From NCBI GenBank assembly GCA_049840735.1, contig JASGJN010000013.1, positions 576,001-640,000 on the forward strand: a stretch of 64,000 nucleotides of DNA, written 5' to 3'. Origin of the DNA: Anaeromyxobacter sp. GTDB lineage: Bacteria; Myxococcota; Myxococcia; Myxococcales; Anaeromyxobacteraceae. The stretch's first letter is position 1. Each line of letters starts with the position of its first letter. Below the pieces are notes generated by a model, which saw only the letters and a program-made list of their open reading frames with translations, had not been told where the DNA came from and made no database searches. Below, piece after piece: positions 48,144 to 61,811 of this stretch. Both the position numbers and the translations under genes were made by a program.

Positions 48144-49267
48144 GTGAGATCGAGGTCCACGCCCAGCGCCTGCTGGTCGTCCTGGTGGTGGCGGCCGTGG
48201 CCCTGGCCGCCTGGCTGGCGTCGCCGTTCTGGGTGGCGCTCTTCTTCGCCGCCGTGTTCGCGGCCACGCTGCGCACACCCATGGAGCAGCTCTCCCGCCT
48301 GCTGCGCGGGCGCCGCTCGCTGGCGGCGGCCCTGCTCACGCTGGGCGTGCTGCTGGCGGTGCTCCTGCCGGTGGGCGGGCTGGGGGCGGCGCTGGTGCGC
48401 GAGGTCCTCCACGGCGTGGCGTGGCTGCGCGAGACGCTGGAGGGCGAGGGGGTGGGCGGGCTCTTGCGGCGGCTCCCCGACCCGGTGGAGCGGCTGGCCC
48501 GGCAGCTGGTGGAGGCGGTCCCCGACCCGCAGGCCCAGGTGAAGCAGCTGGCCTCCCAGGGCGGCCAGGCCGCGGCGGCGGTGGGCGGGTTCCTGGCCGC
48601 CACCGGCAGCGCCGTCTTCCAGGCGGTGCTGTTCCTGATCGCGCTCTTCTTCCTGCTGACCGACGGGCGCCGCCTGGTGGGCTGGATCGACGCCCGGGTG
48701 CCGCTCCGCCCCGGCCAGTTCCGCGCCTTCGTGGAGGAGTTCCGCCGGACCAGCGTCTCGGTGCTGGTCTCCACCGTGGCCACGGCCGGCATCCAGACGC
48801 TGACCGCGCTGGTGGGGTACCTGATCGCCCGCGCGCCCAACCCGCTCTTCCTCTCGCTCGCCACCTTCGTGGTGGCGCTGGTGCCGGCGCTGGGGGCCAC
48901 GGTGGTGGTGGTGCTGGTGGGGCTGCTCCAGCTGGCCACGGGCCACCTGCTGGGCGGGCTCTTCCTGCTGGGCTGGGGGCTGGTGGTGGTGTCGCTGGTG
49001 GACAACGTGGCCCGGCCGTTCCTGCTCAAGGGCGGGATGTCCCTGCACGGCGGGGTGGTCTTCTTCGCGCTGCTGGGCGGGCTGGCGCTGTTCGGCGGTG
49101 TCGGGCTCCTGATCGGGCCGCTGGTGCTCACCTTCCTCGTCACCGCGCTCGACCTCTACCGGCGCGAGCTGGGCCTCCGGGCGGCGGCCGGCGCGGAGGC
49201 CGAGCAGGGCCGGCCGCCCCTCCCCGGCCCGGACGGCGGCGGCGAGGCCCACCCGCCCGTCCAGTGA
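48144..49267 (+). CDS. AI-2E family transporter; start approximate
   Basis: LFFLLTDG, DNVARPFL, FFALLGGLALFG..GLLIGP. Confidence 0.88.
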
Positions 49268-49309
49268 CCGCCGGCCCCGTGGTAGAACGGCCGCCGAGGG
49301 AGGCCCGCC

Positions 49310-49555
49310 ATGAAGGCCGCGTTCGTGCTGGTGAAGTGCGACCTGGGGAAGCTGGAGACGGTGGCCAACGCGCTGATGGAGGTGGAGGGGGTCTCGGAGG
49401 TCCACTCCATCACCGGCGCCTGGGACCTGCTGGTGAAGCTCTACGCGCCGGACTACGACGCGTTCGGCGACCTGATCCCGGACCTCCTGCAGAAGATCCC
49501 CGGCGTGCGTGACACGGAGACGCTGCTGGCGTTCAGGGCGTTCAAGCCGGTCTAG
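49310..49555 (+). CDS. Stand-alone Lrp/AsnC ligand-binding domain protein
   Basis: AFVLVKC, EVHSITGAWDLLVK, IPGVRDTET; no HTH. Confidence 0.88.
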   Translation: MKAAFVLVKCDLGKLETVANALMEVEGVSEVHSITGAWDLLVKLYAPDYDAFGDLIPDLLQKIPGVRDTETLLAFRAFKPV

Positions 49556-50481
49556 CCGGTCGGGCCGGCGGACGGCGGATGCCAGTCCGCCGTCACCTCC
49601 AGCCACATCGCCAGCCCGGCCCAGTCTCCGTAGGGCTTGAACCAGCGGCGCAGCGTGGTGTCCGCCGGCACGCGCCGCTTGCCGCGCAGCTCCGCCAGCC
49701 GGGCGCGGGTCCAGGAGTCGAGCGCCAGGTGGCCGTGGCGCCCCAGGAGCCGCAGCAGGTGCTCGACCGCGTACGGGCCGAAGCCCATCAGCCCGGAGAG
49801 CCGACCGGCCACCTCGTCGGTGCCCAGCGGCGACCCGCGCAGCGACTCCAGGTCGAGCCGCCCCGCCGCCACGTCCGCCGCCAGCGCCCGCAGGAACGGG
49901 GCGCGGTAGCCGGCGCGGATCTCCTCCCGGTAGAACCGCTCCCCCTGCGCCGCCATGGCGGACGGGGTCGGGAAGGTCCGGCCGCCCAGCGGCGCGGGCT
50001 CGCCCAGCCGCTCGCAGAGGCGGCCCACCATGGCGCGCGTGAGCGCCCAGGAGCAGTTGGTGGTGCAGAGCGTCTTGACCGCGTCCTCGAAGACGGTGGG
50101 CGAGCGGAGCAGCCGGCCGGCCCCGCGGGCCAGCGCCCAGCGCAGGTCGGGGAGGTCCCGGCCCTGCCCCGCCGCGCGGCGCGCCTCCAGCGCCGCGGCC
50201 AGCCCCCGGAACGGCTCCAGGTCCTCGTCCAGCGCGAGGCAGGTGGCGAGCGCGGCGCGGGCCTCGCGCGCCTCCGCCGCGCCGAGCCGCCCCTGCGCAG
50301 CGGCGCGGAAGCCCAGCCCGCCGGGCGCGGGGGCGACCTCGGCGCTCACCACCCGGCCGCTCGAGAGGCGCAGCGGCCGCGCCAGCAGCGCCCGCGCCTC
50401 GTCCCAGGACCAGGGCGCGAGGTCGTACCAGCCGTGGCTGCGGACCGTCAGGGCGAGGTCGAACGGCTGCGGGATCTGCAC
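49552..50481 (-). CDS. HhH-GPD DNA glycosylase-like protein
   Basis: PTVFEDAVKTLCTTN, FPTP, AGYRA, GFGPYA, LALDSW. Confidence 0.82.
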   Translation of the reverse strand: MQIPQPFDLALTVRSHGWYDLAPWSWDEARALLARPLRLSSGRVVSAEVAPAPGGLGFRAAAQGRLGAAEAREARAALATCLALDEDLEPFRGLAAALEARRAAGQGRDLPDLRWALARGAGRLLRSPTVFEDAVKTLCTTNCSWALTRAMVGRLCERLGEPAPLGGRTFPTPSAMAAQGERFYREEIRAGYRAPFLRALAADVAAGRLDLESLRGSPLGTDEVAGRLSGLMGFGPYAVEHLLRLLGRHGHLALDSWTRARLAELRGKRRVPADTTLRRWFKPYGDWAGLAMWLEVTADWHPPSAGPTG

Positions 50482-50494
50482 GCCGGGTGGCTCC

Positions 50495-50970
50495 TCACAG
50501 CTGCCTCTTCTCGAGCAGCTTGCTGGTCTCGCCGCCCTGCCTGGTGCCGTCGGCGCGCTCGAGCATGTAGTCGAAGACGTCCGCCTCGACCACCTCGACG
50601 ACGTCACCCGCGTGGAGCGCCGGCACCTCGAAGGGATTGTTCACCAGGGCAGCTCGTCGTCGTACTGCACGTGGACCAGCGAGTCGCGCGAGCCGAAGAC
50701 CTGCGCCAGGATCACCGACATCCGGCGGAGCAGCTCGGCGTCGCCCTCCTCGCCGTCGAGGTGCTCGTAGAGCACCAGGCGGTCGCCGTCCGGCGGCTTC
50801 CCGTGCGGGATTGGCTGCACCGCGTAGCGCGGCAGCGCCTTCCGGTCCGGCGCCTTCCACTGGCCCGCGCCCGCCGGGGCCTTCGCGTCCGCGCCCGCGC
50901 CTGGGCTCCCCTTCCCTGCCCCACCGCCCGCCAGCGACAGCGCGACCAGCACCGCCATGACGCCGTTCAT
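50495..50970 (-). pseudogene. DUF2314-like exported protein with frame break and probable internal deletion near 50645
   Basis: Signal peptide; FGSRDSLVHVQYDDEL then frame change to LVNNPFEVPALHAGDVVEV...VFDY...GGETSKLL. Confidence 0.5.
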
Positions 50971-51082
50971 GCGACCTCCCCCGTTCCGGCCATCTTCGCA
51001 TGCTCGCCTGCCTCCCGGGCGGAAGCGCGCACCACCGCCCCCAGGCCTGCAAGCGGCGCCGCCCTTTGCTACGCTGCGGGGG

Positions 51083-52306
51083 ATGCTCGTCCCGCTCCTG
51101 GCCCTGGCGCTGGTCGCTGCGCCCGCCGCCGGGTCCGCCGCAGCCCCCGCCCACACCGACCCAGCCGCCCCCACCGCGGCGGCCGCCCAGGCCGAGGCGC
51201 GCATGGGGCCCGAGGCGGTCGAGGCTGGACAGGGCGGGACCGCCGACGCGCAGCCGGCCCTCGGCGTGGGCACGGGGACGCCGCAGACGCTGGCGCCGGG
51301 GCTGGCCGCGCCCAGGCAGCACCGCTGGTTCCTGCTCCCCATCCCCTTCTACACGCCGGAGACGCGGTTCGGCCTGGCCGTCACCAGCGGCCTGCACTTC
51401 GGCCCGGACCAGGCGCCCCGCCCCTCGAGCGCCTTCGCCTCGGTCGCCTACACGCTGGGCGGCCAGGGCATGCTCGACCTGGCCACGGAGGGCAACCTGG
51501 TGGGCGGCGCCGTGCTCGCCGCGCGCGCCCGCGCCGTCAGCTTCCCGGACCACTACTACGGCCTGGGCCCGGACACGCCCAGCTCGGCCGAGGAGCCCTT
51601 CACGCGCCGCTCGGTGGAGCTGGTGGCCACCTTCGAGTGGCCGGTGCCCGGCGTGCCGGGCCTGCGGGTCGGCCCGCGCGTGGACCTGCGCGGCGAGGCC
51701 ATCCGCGAGCGCGAGGCCGGCGGCGCGCTGGACGCCGGCACCGTGACCGGCTGGGACGGCTACACCGCCGTCTCGCTCGGCGGCAGCATCACCTACGACA
51801 CGCGCGACGGCTCCTTCTGGCCCACCCGCGGCTCGCTGCTCCAGTCCTGGTACGTGTACGCGCCGGCCGAGCTGGGGCGGCACGAGCCGTTCGGGCGCGG
51901 CGTGGTGGAGGCCCGGCACTTCCTCCCCCTCGGGCACGGGCGCGTGCTCGGCTTCGACGCCTACGCCGAGGGCGTGCACGGCGATCCGCCCTTCACGCTG
52001 CTGCCCAAGCTCGGCTCCACCCGCTTCATGCGCGGGATCCGCGAGGGGCGCTACCGCGATCGGCTCGACTGGGCCGCCCAGACCGAGCTCCGCCTCCCGG
52101 TGAAGGGCCGCTTCTCGGCGACGACGTTCGCGGCGGTGGGGGACGTGGCGCACGGCCTGGACGCGCTCACGCTCGACTCGCTGAAGTGGGGCGCCGGGGC
52201 CGGGCTGCGGTACAGGCTCACCGACGAGGGCGCGAACATCCGGCTCGACGTGGCCGCCAGCGCGCAGGGGGTGGAGTTCTATGCGCTGGTGCTGGAAGCG
52301 TTCTGA
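51083..52306 (+). CDS. Omp85 (BamA/TamA-like) beta-barrel protein without POTRA domains
   Basis: PIPFYTPETRFG, YDTRD, MRGIREGRYRD, GAGLRY, C-terminal EAF. Confidence 0.85.
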   Translation: MLVPLLALALVAAPAAGSAAAPAHTDPAAPTAAAAQAEARMGPEAVEAGQGGTADAQPALGVGTGTPQTLAPGLAAPRQHRWFLLPIPFYTPETRFGLAVTSGLHFGPDQAPRPSSAFASVAYTLGGQGMLDLATEGNLVGGAVLAARARAVSFPDHYYGLGPDTPSSAEEPFTRRSVELVATFEWPVPGVPGLRVGPRVDLRGEAIREREAGGALDAGTVTGWDGYTAVSLGGSITYDTRDGSFWPTRGSLLQSWYVYAPAELGRHEPFGRGVVEARHFLPLGHGRVLGFDAYAEGVHGDPPFTLLPKLGSTRFMRGIREGRYRDRLDWAAQTELRLPVKGRFSATTFAAVGDVAHGLDALTLDSLKWGAGAGLRYRLTDEGANIRLDVAASAQGVEFYALVLEAF

Positions 52307-52378
52307 GAGTTGAGCGATCGGGCCGACGTCGGCCCCGCTCGCCCGTGGACAGGGAAAGCGGGGCCGCAGGCGGTGGCC

Positions 52379-52429
52379 GGCCTTCGACTCCGCCCCGCCT
52401 GGCGGCGGGGCTACGCTCAGGCCGACCGG
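52379..52429. repeat. REP-like element, long class
   Basis: GGCC-TTCGACTCC-gccccgcctggcggcggggc-TACGCTCA-GGCC-GACCGG. Confidence 0.82.
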
Positions 52430-52457
52430 ATCCGGGTTGGCTGCGCTTGAGCTGTCG

Positions 52458-55295
<2,838 letters not shown>

Positions 55296-55554
55296 GGTCT
55301 GCTCGAGTCTCCGTTCGCGCGCAGGCTGTCTGTCTGCAAGCGGGCGTCCCCCTCCGCCAACAGGCATCCCCCCGCGCGCGTTCCGCGCGGTGGGATCCGG
55401 TCGTGCCGGAGGGCTTGCGCCCAGGAGCGGGGCTCCAGGGGGGCGCCGAGGCTATCCTCTCAGGTAACCACGCGCCAGATGAAATCAAACACGAGTCGGG
55501 CCGCGTACTTGGCCCGAATCTGGACGGGCCGCGGCCCTCCTTTACAATCAGGGG

Positions 55555-56211
55555 GTGCGGCGCCCCCTCCTGTCAGCCCTCTTGCTAGCCCCCTCCTGGC
55601 CGCGTGCGCGGGCGCGATGCCGGCGGTCCGGCAGGGGTACGACCCCGACCGCGCCGCTCGCCTGGCCGATCGTGCCGCAGGCTTTCTGGGGGAAAAAAAA
55701 GGGACCCTTCGAGGTGAACGGCACCCGCTACGCTGCCGACTGCTCCGGCTACGTGTCGGCGGTCTACGAGGCGGAGGAGATCCGCTCCGCGCCCTGATGG
55801 CCCGGGCCGCGCCGCGGGAGCGGTCCGGCGTGGCCGCCACCGTGGCGGCCGCCCGCGCCTACGGCGTGGTCTACGGGGGCGGCGGCGCCTGGCCTGCGCC
55901 AGGCGACCTGGTCTTCTTCCACGACACCTACGACCGGAACCGGAACGGCAAGCTGGACGACCCGCTCACCCACGTCGGCATCGTGGTCGAGGTTTTGGAC
56001 GGGACGGTCACGTTCCTCCACCGCAGCGGAAAGGGCGTGGTGAGGGCGGCGCTGACGCTCGACCGGCCCGACGTCTGGCGCACCGACGAGCGGCTGCTCA
56101 ACAGCCCGCTGCGCGACAAGGGCAAGGCGGTCCGCGGCGGGCCCTCGCTGGCGGGCGAGCTGTTCGCCGGCTACGGGCGGATGAATCGCGGCGAAGGTGC
56201 CGTCCCGCTAG
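55555..56211 (+). CDS. NlpC/P60-CHAP lipoprotein, frameshifted
   Basis: LLAAC lipobox, DCSGYV, PGDLVFFHDTYD, THVGIV spread over two frames. Confidence 0.75.
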
Positions 56212-57426
56212 CCGACCCCGGCGCTGGCCGGCGGCGGCGGCGGGAGGAGGAGCGTACCGTCGTCCGCGACGTCCACCGCGTCCGGTCCGAAGTCCTCGCG
56301 CGAGAGCGTCCGCAGGATGGGGATGACCTGCCGGTCGGGGTCCCAGCGCGGTCCGCCGGGCCGCTCCTGCTTGGCCGGGTAGACCTTCCCCGCCTGGAAG
56401 CTCCCGTCCGGCGCCACCGTCACCTGCAGCACCAGCGTGATGCCGCCGGGGCCGTTCAGGTTCATGCCGGCGTAGGTGGCGAAGTTGCCCAGCGAGTAGG
56501 CGATGAGGTGGCCGCGGTAGAGCTCCAGCCCGCGCACCACGTGCGGCCCGTGGCCGACGACCAGCGCGGCCCCGGCGTCGATGACGGTCCGCGCGAAGCG
56601 CCGCAGGTCACCCCGGCTCTCGCCGTAGAACTCCTCGGCGCCCGGCGGCACGCTGCCTGCTTGTCCGCGCCCTCGGCGCCGCCGTGGAAGGAGACCATCA
56701 CCAGGTCCGCCCGGCGGCGGGCCTCCGCCACCAGCGCCGCCGCGGCGGTGAGGTCGGTCAGATCGTTGGTGCCGCCGGACACCGAGAAGGCCACCACCGC
56801 CACCGCGCGCCGCGCACGTCCAGGTAGGCCACCTCGCCGATGGCGCCGGAGTAGCGGATGCCGTGGGAGTCCAGCGCGGCGCGGGTGGAGGCGCGCCCGG
56901 CGTCGCCGAAGTCGCCCACGTGGTTGTTGGCCACGCTCAGCACGTCGAAGCCGGCCTCCTTCAGCCAGCGGGCGTAGCGCACCGGCACGCGGAAGGCCCA
57001 GCAGCGGCCCGGCTTGGCGTTCTTGCACTTCTCCGAGGGGCCCTCGTCGAGGAGCGGTCCCTCCAGGTTGCCGAACGCGACGTCGGCGGCGGACAGGACC
57101 GGCGCGACCTCGCGCAGGATGCTGGCGCCGTCGTCCGGAGGCAGCAGCTTGCCCTTCGACTCGTCGGGGAAGGTGGTGCCCAGCATGATGTCGCCCACCG
57201 CCGCGAAGGTGATGGGGCCGGCCGCCTCCGCCCGGGACGGCGTGGCGGGGGCAGCGGTCCCCGCGGGCGCGGGCTCGGCGGCGGGGGCCGGAGCAGGTTC
57301 GGCGGGCGGGGACGCGGCCGCGGGGGATGCGGTCGGGGTCCCGTCGGGCGCGGCAGGCGCGGGGAGGTGGGCGCAGGCGGCGGACAGCGCCAGCAGCGCG
57401 GCGGCGAGCGGGAGGCGGAGCTTCAT
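56208..57426 (-). CDS. CapA family metallophosphoesterase lipoprotein, frameshifted near 56810 and 56655
   Basis: AVGDIMLG, GNLEG, ANNHVGD, SFHGGAEG, GHGPHV, YSLGNF. Confidence 0.88.
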
Positions 57427-57491
57427 GTGGGCGGTGGTAGCGCGAATCCGGCCGTGCGGCCAAGCGCGTCGGGGGCCTTGGCGGGGGTGGG

Positions 57492-57662
57492 CCTGCCAGC
57501 GGAGTTGGGTCGCGGGGGCCGCGGAGGTCCTGCCAGCGGAGCTGAGGCGCGGGGGCCCTGCCCCGCGCCTGCGGGCGTGCGGGCATGAGGAAGCGGGTAC
57601 GGGGCTGGGGACCGGGTGCCTGGAGGAGGGAGGTCGTGATGGAGGGAGGTCGTGATGGAGGG
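57492..57662. repeat. Two pairs of short direct repeats upstream of the CapA-family gene
   Basis: CCTGCCAGCGGAG-N6-CGCGGGGGCC at 57492 and 57529; GGAGGGAGGTCGTGAT at 57625 and 57641 plus a partial third copy. Confidence 0.8.
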
Positions 57663-57852
57663 CGGAGCGACTCCGAGCCCGTGACCATTTCCGCCCTTTT
57701 CAACTTGGGCGCGATGTCGTCTTGGGTTGGGCGTTTGCGCCAGTCAGCCAGGGGGACACGGCGAGCTCACGCGAACCTCTTCCCGTTCGAGCGGAGCAGG
57801 CTGAGGGGCTGTAACGTGGAGCCGGAGCCTGAGGGCTCCGGGAATTCGGGAG

Positions 57853-58770
57853 CTACTCCAGGATGAACTTCCGCGGGTTCTCGGGGATGCCGTTCACCCG
57901 CACCTCGTAGTGGAGGTGGGGGCCGGTCGAGCGCCCGGTGTTGCCGACGGCGCCCACCTTCTGGCCGCGCTGCACGCGGTCGCCCAGGTGCACCAGGATC
58001 TGGGCCAGGTGACCGTAGCGGGTCTTCACGCCGTAGCCATGGTCGATGACCAGCACGTTGCCGTAGCCGCCCTCGACCCCGGCGAAGACCACGGTGCCGT
58101 CGGAGGGCGCGAAGACTGGCTGGCCGTGCGGCGAGGCGATGTCGAGCCCCTGGTGCATCTTCCGCTCGGCCGTGTAAGGGTCCATGCGCGTGCCGAAGTC
58201 GGAGGTGACCCAGCCGCGCGTCGGCCAGATGGACGGGGTCGACGCCATCAGCGAGCGCTGGTCGTCGAAGTACTCCTGCAGCTCGCGGAGGCTCTGCTCC
58301 TGGCGAGAGGCCTCCGACTCGAGCGAGGTGAGCTTGCCCGGCAGGGCGGTGAGCTTCCCCTCCGCAGCCGGCGCCGGGCCAGGGATGGACGGGTCGGCCT
58401 CGGGATTTCCCACCGGTCCGATGGCCAGGTTCCGCTCCGGATCCTGCAGCTGGGTCACCGCGGTCCGGAGCTTGGCGTCGAACCGCTCCACCCGGTCGAG
58501 CGTGGCCGAGATGTGGGCCACCTTCTCCTGGACCACGAGGATCTGCGAGCGGAGCTGGTTGTTCTCCTCCTTGAGGGCGGCGTTCTCGGCCGTGGTCCCC
58601 AGGAGGGCCAGGTAGTGCACGAAGGTGACGAGCCCGATCAGCGCCACGCCAGCGACCACGTACCCCGAGTTGGCCAGCCAGCTGCGGCGGACGCGGAACT
58701 TCCGCACCGCCTGCGAGTGGTCGCTGACCACGATGACCGTGAACACCTGGCTCTTGGGCGGTGCGGCCAT
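57853..58770 (-). CDS. M23 peptidase with TM anchor and coiled coil
   Basis: TPSIWPTRG, HQGLD, YGHL, STGPHLHYEV. Confidence 0.92.
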   Translation of the reverse strand: MAAPPKSQVFTVIVVSDHSQAVRKFRVRRSWLANSGYVVAGVALIGLVTFVHYLALLGTTAENAALKEENNQLRSQILVVQEKVAHISATLDRVERFDAKLRTAVTQLQDPERNLAIGPVGNPEADPSIPGPAPAAEGKLTALPGKLTSLESEASRQEQSLRELQEYFDDQRSLMASTPSIWPTRGWVTSDFGTRMDPYTAERKMHQGLDIASPHGQPVFAPSDGTVVFAGVEGGYGNVLVIDHGYGVKTRYGHLAQILVHLGDRVQRGQKVGAVGNTGRSTGPHLHYEVRVNGIPENPRKFILE

Positions 58771-58877
58771 CCGGTGGGCTCCGTGGACCAGACGCATGTC
58801 GCTGGAAAGCTAGCGATGGGCGCCGGCGGGATGAACAGCGCTCCCCACATGATCATGAGACGGGAGCGGCACCACGA

Positions 58878-58907
58878 CGGGTAGCAGAGCCGCGACTTGG
58901 CTGTCAA
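58878..58907 (-). promoter_or_regulatory. Possible sigma70 promoter of the M23 gene
   Basis: Minus strand TTGACA-N18-TACCCG with TG before the -10. Confidence 0.35.
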
Positions 58908-59007
58908 GAAACGCAGAAATGACGCCAGCCTGCCCACGCTGACCGAGGGGCAGGTCGCCGCGCTGCGGGGCGCGCCTCGGAGGGCCTGCGCCAGGGCCCG
59001 GAGCGGC

Positions 59008-59793
59008 TCAGGCCGCCGCCGGCTCCACGTGCACCAGGACCACCGTGATGTTGTCGTCGCCGCCGCGCGCGTTGGCCAGGGCGATGAGCCGGTCGGGGGC
59101 CTCGTCCAGCGCCCCGGACTCCACCTCACGGAGAATCTCGGGATCTTCCACGAGGTTGGAGAGGCCGTCGCAGCAGATGACCAGGGTGTCGGAGGCCTGG
59201 AGCTCGAGCCCCATCAGATCGACCTGGACCTGCTGCTCGAACCCCACCGAGCGGGTGATGATGTTGCGGAAGCGGCTGTGCTTCGCCTCCTCCGCGCTGA
59301 TCGCCCCCGCCTTCAGCTGCTCATTGACCAGCGAGTGGTCCTCGGAGACCTGGTAGATGCGCCCGTCCCGCAGGAGGTAGCAGCGGCTGTCCCCGACATG
59401 GGCGATGTAGGCGGCCCGCCCATCGACCAGGGCCGCCGTGACGGTGGTGCCCATCCCAGCCAGGCCGGGATCGCCCTGGGCCGTCTCGAAGATGCGCGCG
59501 CAGGCCTCTTCGACCGCCACCCGCAGGAGGTCGGCCAGGGCCGTGTCCTCCACGCCGGCCGAGGAGGTGAAGATGGCCGGATCGCGCTCGCGCGCAGCCC
59601 GGACGGAGCCCTGGATGGTCTCCACGGCCAGCCGCGAAGCGGTACCGCCCCCGGCGTGACCACCCATTCCGTCGGCGACGATGAAAAGGCCGAGATCGCG
59701 GTCCACCAGGAACGCGTCCTCATTGTGGTCGCGCCGCTGCCCGACGTCCGTCGCGCCGCGCGCCTCGATCTTGAAACAGGCCTCTCCCGCCAC
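59008..59793 (-). CDS. PP2C-type Ser/Thr phosphatase
   Basis: RDHNED, VADGMGG, GMGTT, HVGDSR, CCDGL, GGDDNIT. Confidence 0.93.
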   Translation of the reverse strand: MAGEACFKIEARGATDVGQRRDHNEDAFLVDRDLGLFIVADGMGGHAGGGTASRLAVETIQGSVRAARERDPAIFTSSAGVEDTALADLLRVAVEEACARIFETAQGDPGLAGMGTTVTAALVDGRAAYIAHVGDSRCYLLRDGRIYQVSEDHSLVNEQLKAGAISAEEAKHSRFRNIITRSVGFEQQVQVDLMGLELQASDTLVICCDGLSNLVEDPEILREVESGALDEAPDRLIALANARGGDDNITVVLVHVEPAAA

Positions 59794-59910
59794 GCGTCGA
59801 GCGTACCCTCGCCCTCGGTGAGGGGTCAACGCGTGGTTTCGCTTACCTGCACGCCCCACCTGCGGTTCGCCGCCGCCCCTCCGCACGCTCGTCCCCCCTG
59901 GCCGGCCAGC

Positions 59911-61737
59911 TCAGCTGGCCTTGGCGATGCGGCGCGGCGTCCCACGGCCTGCCGCCCGCCGCTCGCGACCGGCCGCCACCGCCGGCAGCCTCGCCGCCGA
60001 GATCAGGGCGGCGGCGTGCTCCAGCGCAGACGCGGTCACGGTCATGCCGGCCATCATCCGCGCCACCTCCCTTCGCCGGTCCTCCTCCCCGTCGAGCAGC
60101 GTCACCGCGGTGTGCGTCCGCCCGCCGGAGATGGCCTTCTCCACCCGATGGTGCCGGTCCGCGAAGGCCGCCACCTGCGGCAGGTGCGTGATGCAGATGA
60201 CCTGCCGGCCCTGCGAGACGTCGGAGAGGACGCGCCCCATGGCCTCGGCCACGGCGCCGCCGATGCCGGCGTCCACCTCGTCGAAGACGTAGGTGTCCAC
60301 CGGATCGCGCCGCGCCAGCGTCCGCTTCACGGCCAGCAGCAGGCGCGAGAGCTCGCCGCCGGAGGCGATCCGCGCCAGCGGGCGCAGCCCCTCGCCCGGG
60401 TTGGGGGCGATCAGGATCTCCGCCACCTCGGCGCCTCCGGGGCCGAGCAGCCGGCCGCCCGCCTCCAGCCCTCCCTCCGGCGGCCGCAGCGCCACCTCCA
60501 GCTTGCAGCGCCCCATGGCCAGCCCCGAGAGCTCGCGCTCGACCGCCTCGGCCAGCCGCCGGGCGGCGTCCGTCCGGAGGACGGTGAGCTGGTCGGCCAG
60601 CGCCCGCGCTTCGGCCCCCCGCGCCTCGATGGCCTGGGCCAGCTCCCCCAGCCGCTCGCCCCCGCCCGACAGCCGGGACAGCTCCTCGCGCATGGCCTCG
60701 CGCCGCTGCAGCGCCGCCTCGAGCCCGCCGTGCTTGCGCGACAGCGCCCGCAGCAGCTCCAGCCGGTCCTCCAGCTGGGCCAGCCGGTCCGGATCGCCGC
60801 CCACGCCGTCCGCGTACCGGCCCAGCTCGCGCCCGGCCTCGTCCAGCTCGACCGCGGCCGACCGGAGCAGCCCCAGCGGCGCCTCCAGCCGCCGATCCAG
60901 CAGCGACGCCTCGGCCAGCGCGCGCGCCGCCTGCCCCACCCGCTCCGAGGCGGAGCCCTCCTCGCCGTAGGCCAGCGCCTCCGCGGCGCGGGCGGCCTCG
61001 CGCAGCTTCTCCGCCGACGCCAGCACCCGGCGCTCGGCCTCGAGCGCCTCCACCTCGCCGGGGCGGGGATCGGCGGCGTCGAGCTCCTTGAGCTGGAAGG
61101 CCAGGTAGTCGGCACGCCGGGCCCGCTCGCCCTCGTCCGCAGCGAGCGAATCCCGCTCACGGACGAGGGCGGCGAGCGCCGCGTGCACCGCACGGTACCG
61201 GTCGAGGAGGGGGAGACCGGTCCCGTGCGGCACGACAGGGTCGTCGCCGGACAGGCCGGCGGCGAAGGCGTCGAGGAGCTCGAGGTGGACGGCGGGGTCG
61301 AGCAGGGAGACGTGCTCGTGCTGTCCGGAGATGTCGACGGCGCCCTTGAGCGCCCCCTCCAGCATGGAGACGGTGCAGAGCGCGCCGTTCACGAAGGCGC
61401 GGCCGCGCCCGCCGCGCGCCACCACGCGCCGCACCAGCACCTCGGCGGCGTCGGCGCGGGCCGCGGGCGGCTCCAGCACCGGCAGGCCGGCGGCCTCCAG
61501 CCGGCCCAGGATGGGATGGGGGACCGGCAGCTCGAAGAGCGCCTCCACCACCGCCTCGTCCGCGCCGTCGCGCAGGACGTCCGGCGTCATCCGCCCGCCC
61601 AGCACGAGGTGCAGGGCGTTCACCAGGATGGACTTGCCGGCGCCCGTCTCGCCGGTGAGGACGTTCAGCCCGGGGCCGAAACGGACCTCGACGGCGTCGA
61701 CCACCGCGAAGCCCGAGATGCGCAGTGAGGTGAGCAT
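59911..61737 (-). CDS. recN: DNA repair protein RecN
   Basis: TGETGAGKS, ASGGELSR, FDEVDAGIGG, CITHLPQVAA. Confidence 0.96.
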   Translation of the reverse strand: MLTSLRISGFAVVDAVEVRFGPGLNVLTGETGAGKSILVNALHLVLGGRMTPDVLRDGADEAVVEALFELPVPHPILGRLEAAGLPVLEPPAARADAAEVLVRRVVARGGRGRAFVNGALCTVSMLEGALKGAVDISGQHEHVSLLDPAVHLELLDAFAAGLSGDDPVVPHGTGLPLLDRYRAVHAALAALVRERDSLAADEGERARRADYLAFQLKELDAADPRPGEVEALEAERRVLASAEKLREAARAAEALAYGEEGSASERVGQAARALAEASLLDRRLEAPLGLLRSAAVELDEAGRELGRYADGVGGDPDRLAQLEDRLELLRALSRKHGGLEAALQRREAMREELSRLSGGGERLGELAQAIEARGAEARALADQLTVLRTDAARRLAEAVERELSGLAMGRCKLEVALRPPEGGLEAGGRLLGPGGAEVAEILIAPNPGEGLRPLARIASGGELSRLLLAVKRTLARRDPVDTYVFDEVDAGIGGAVAEAMGRVLSDVSQGRQVICITHLPQVAAFADRHHRVEKAISGGRTHTAVTLLDGEEDRRREVARMMAGMTVTASALEHAAALISAARLPAVAAGRERRAAGRGTPRRIAKAS

Positions 61738-61811
61738 GGGGCCATGATCCACGCACCCCTGACACTGCGCAAATTTTCAGTGGTAGCCCTGTTCAGGTCC
61801 GGCGGATCGGG

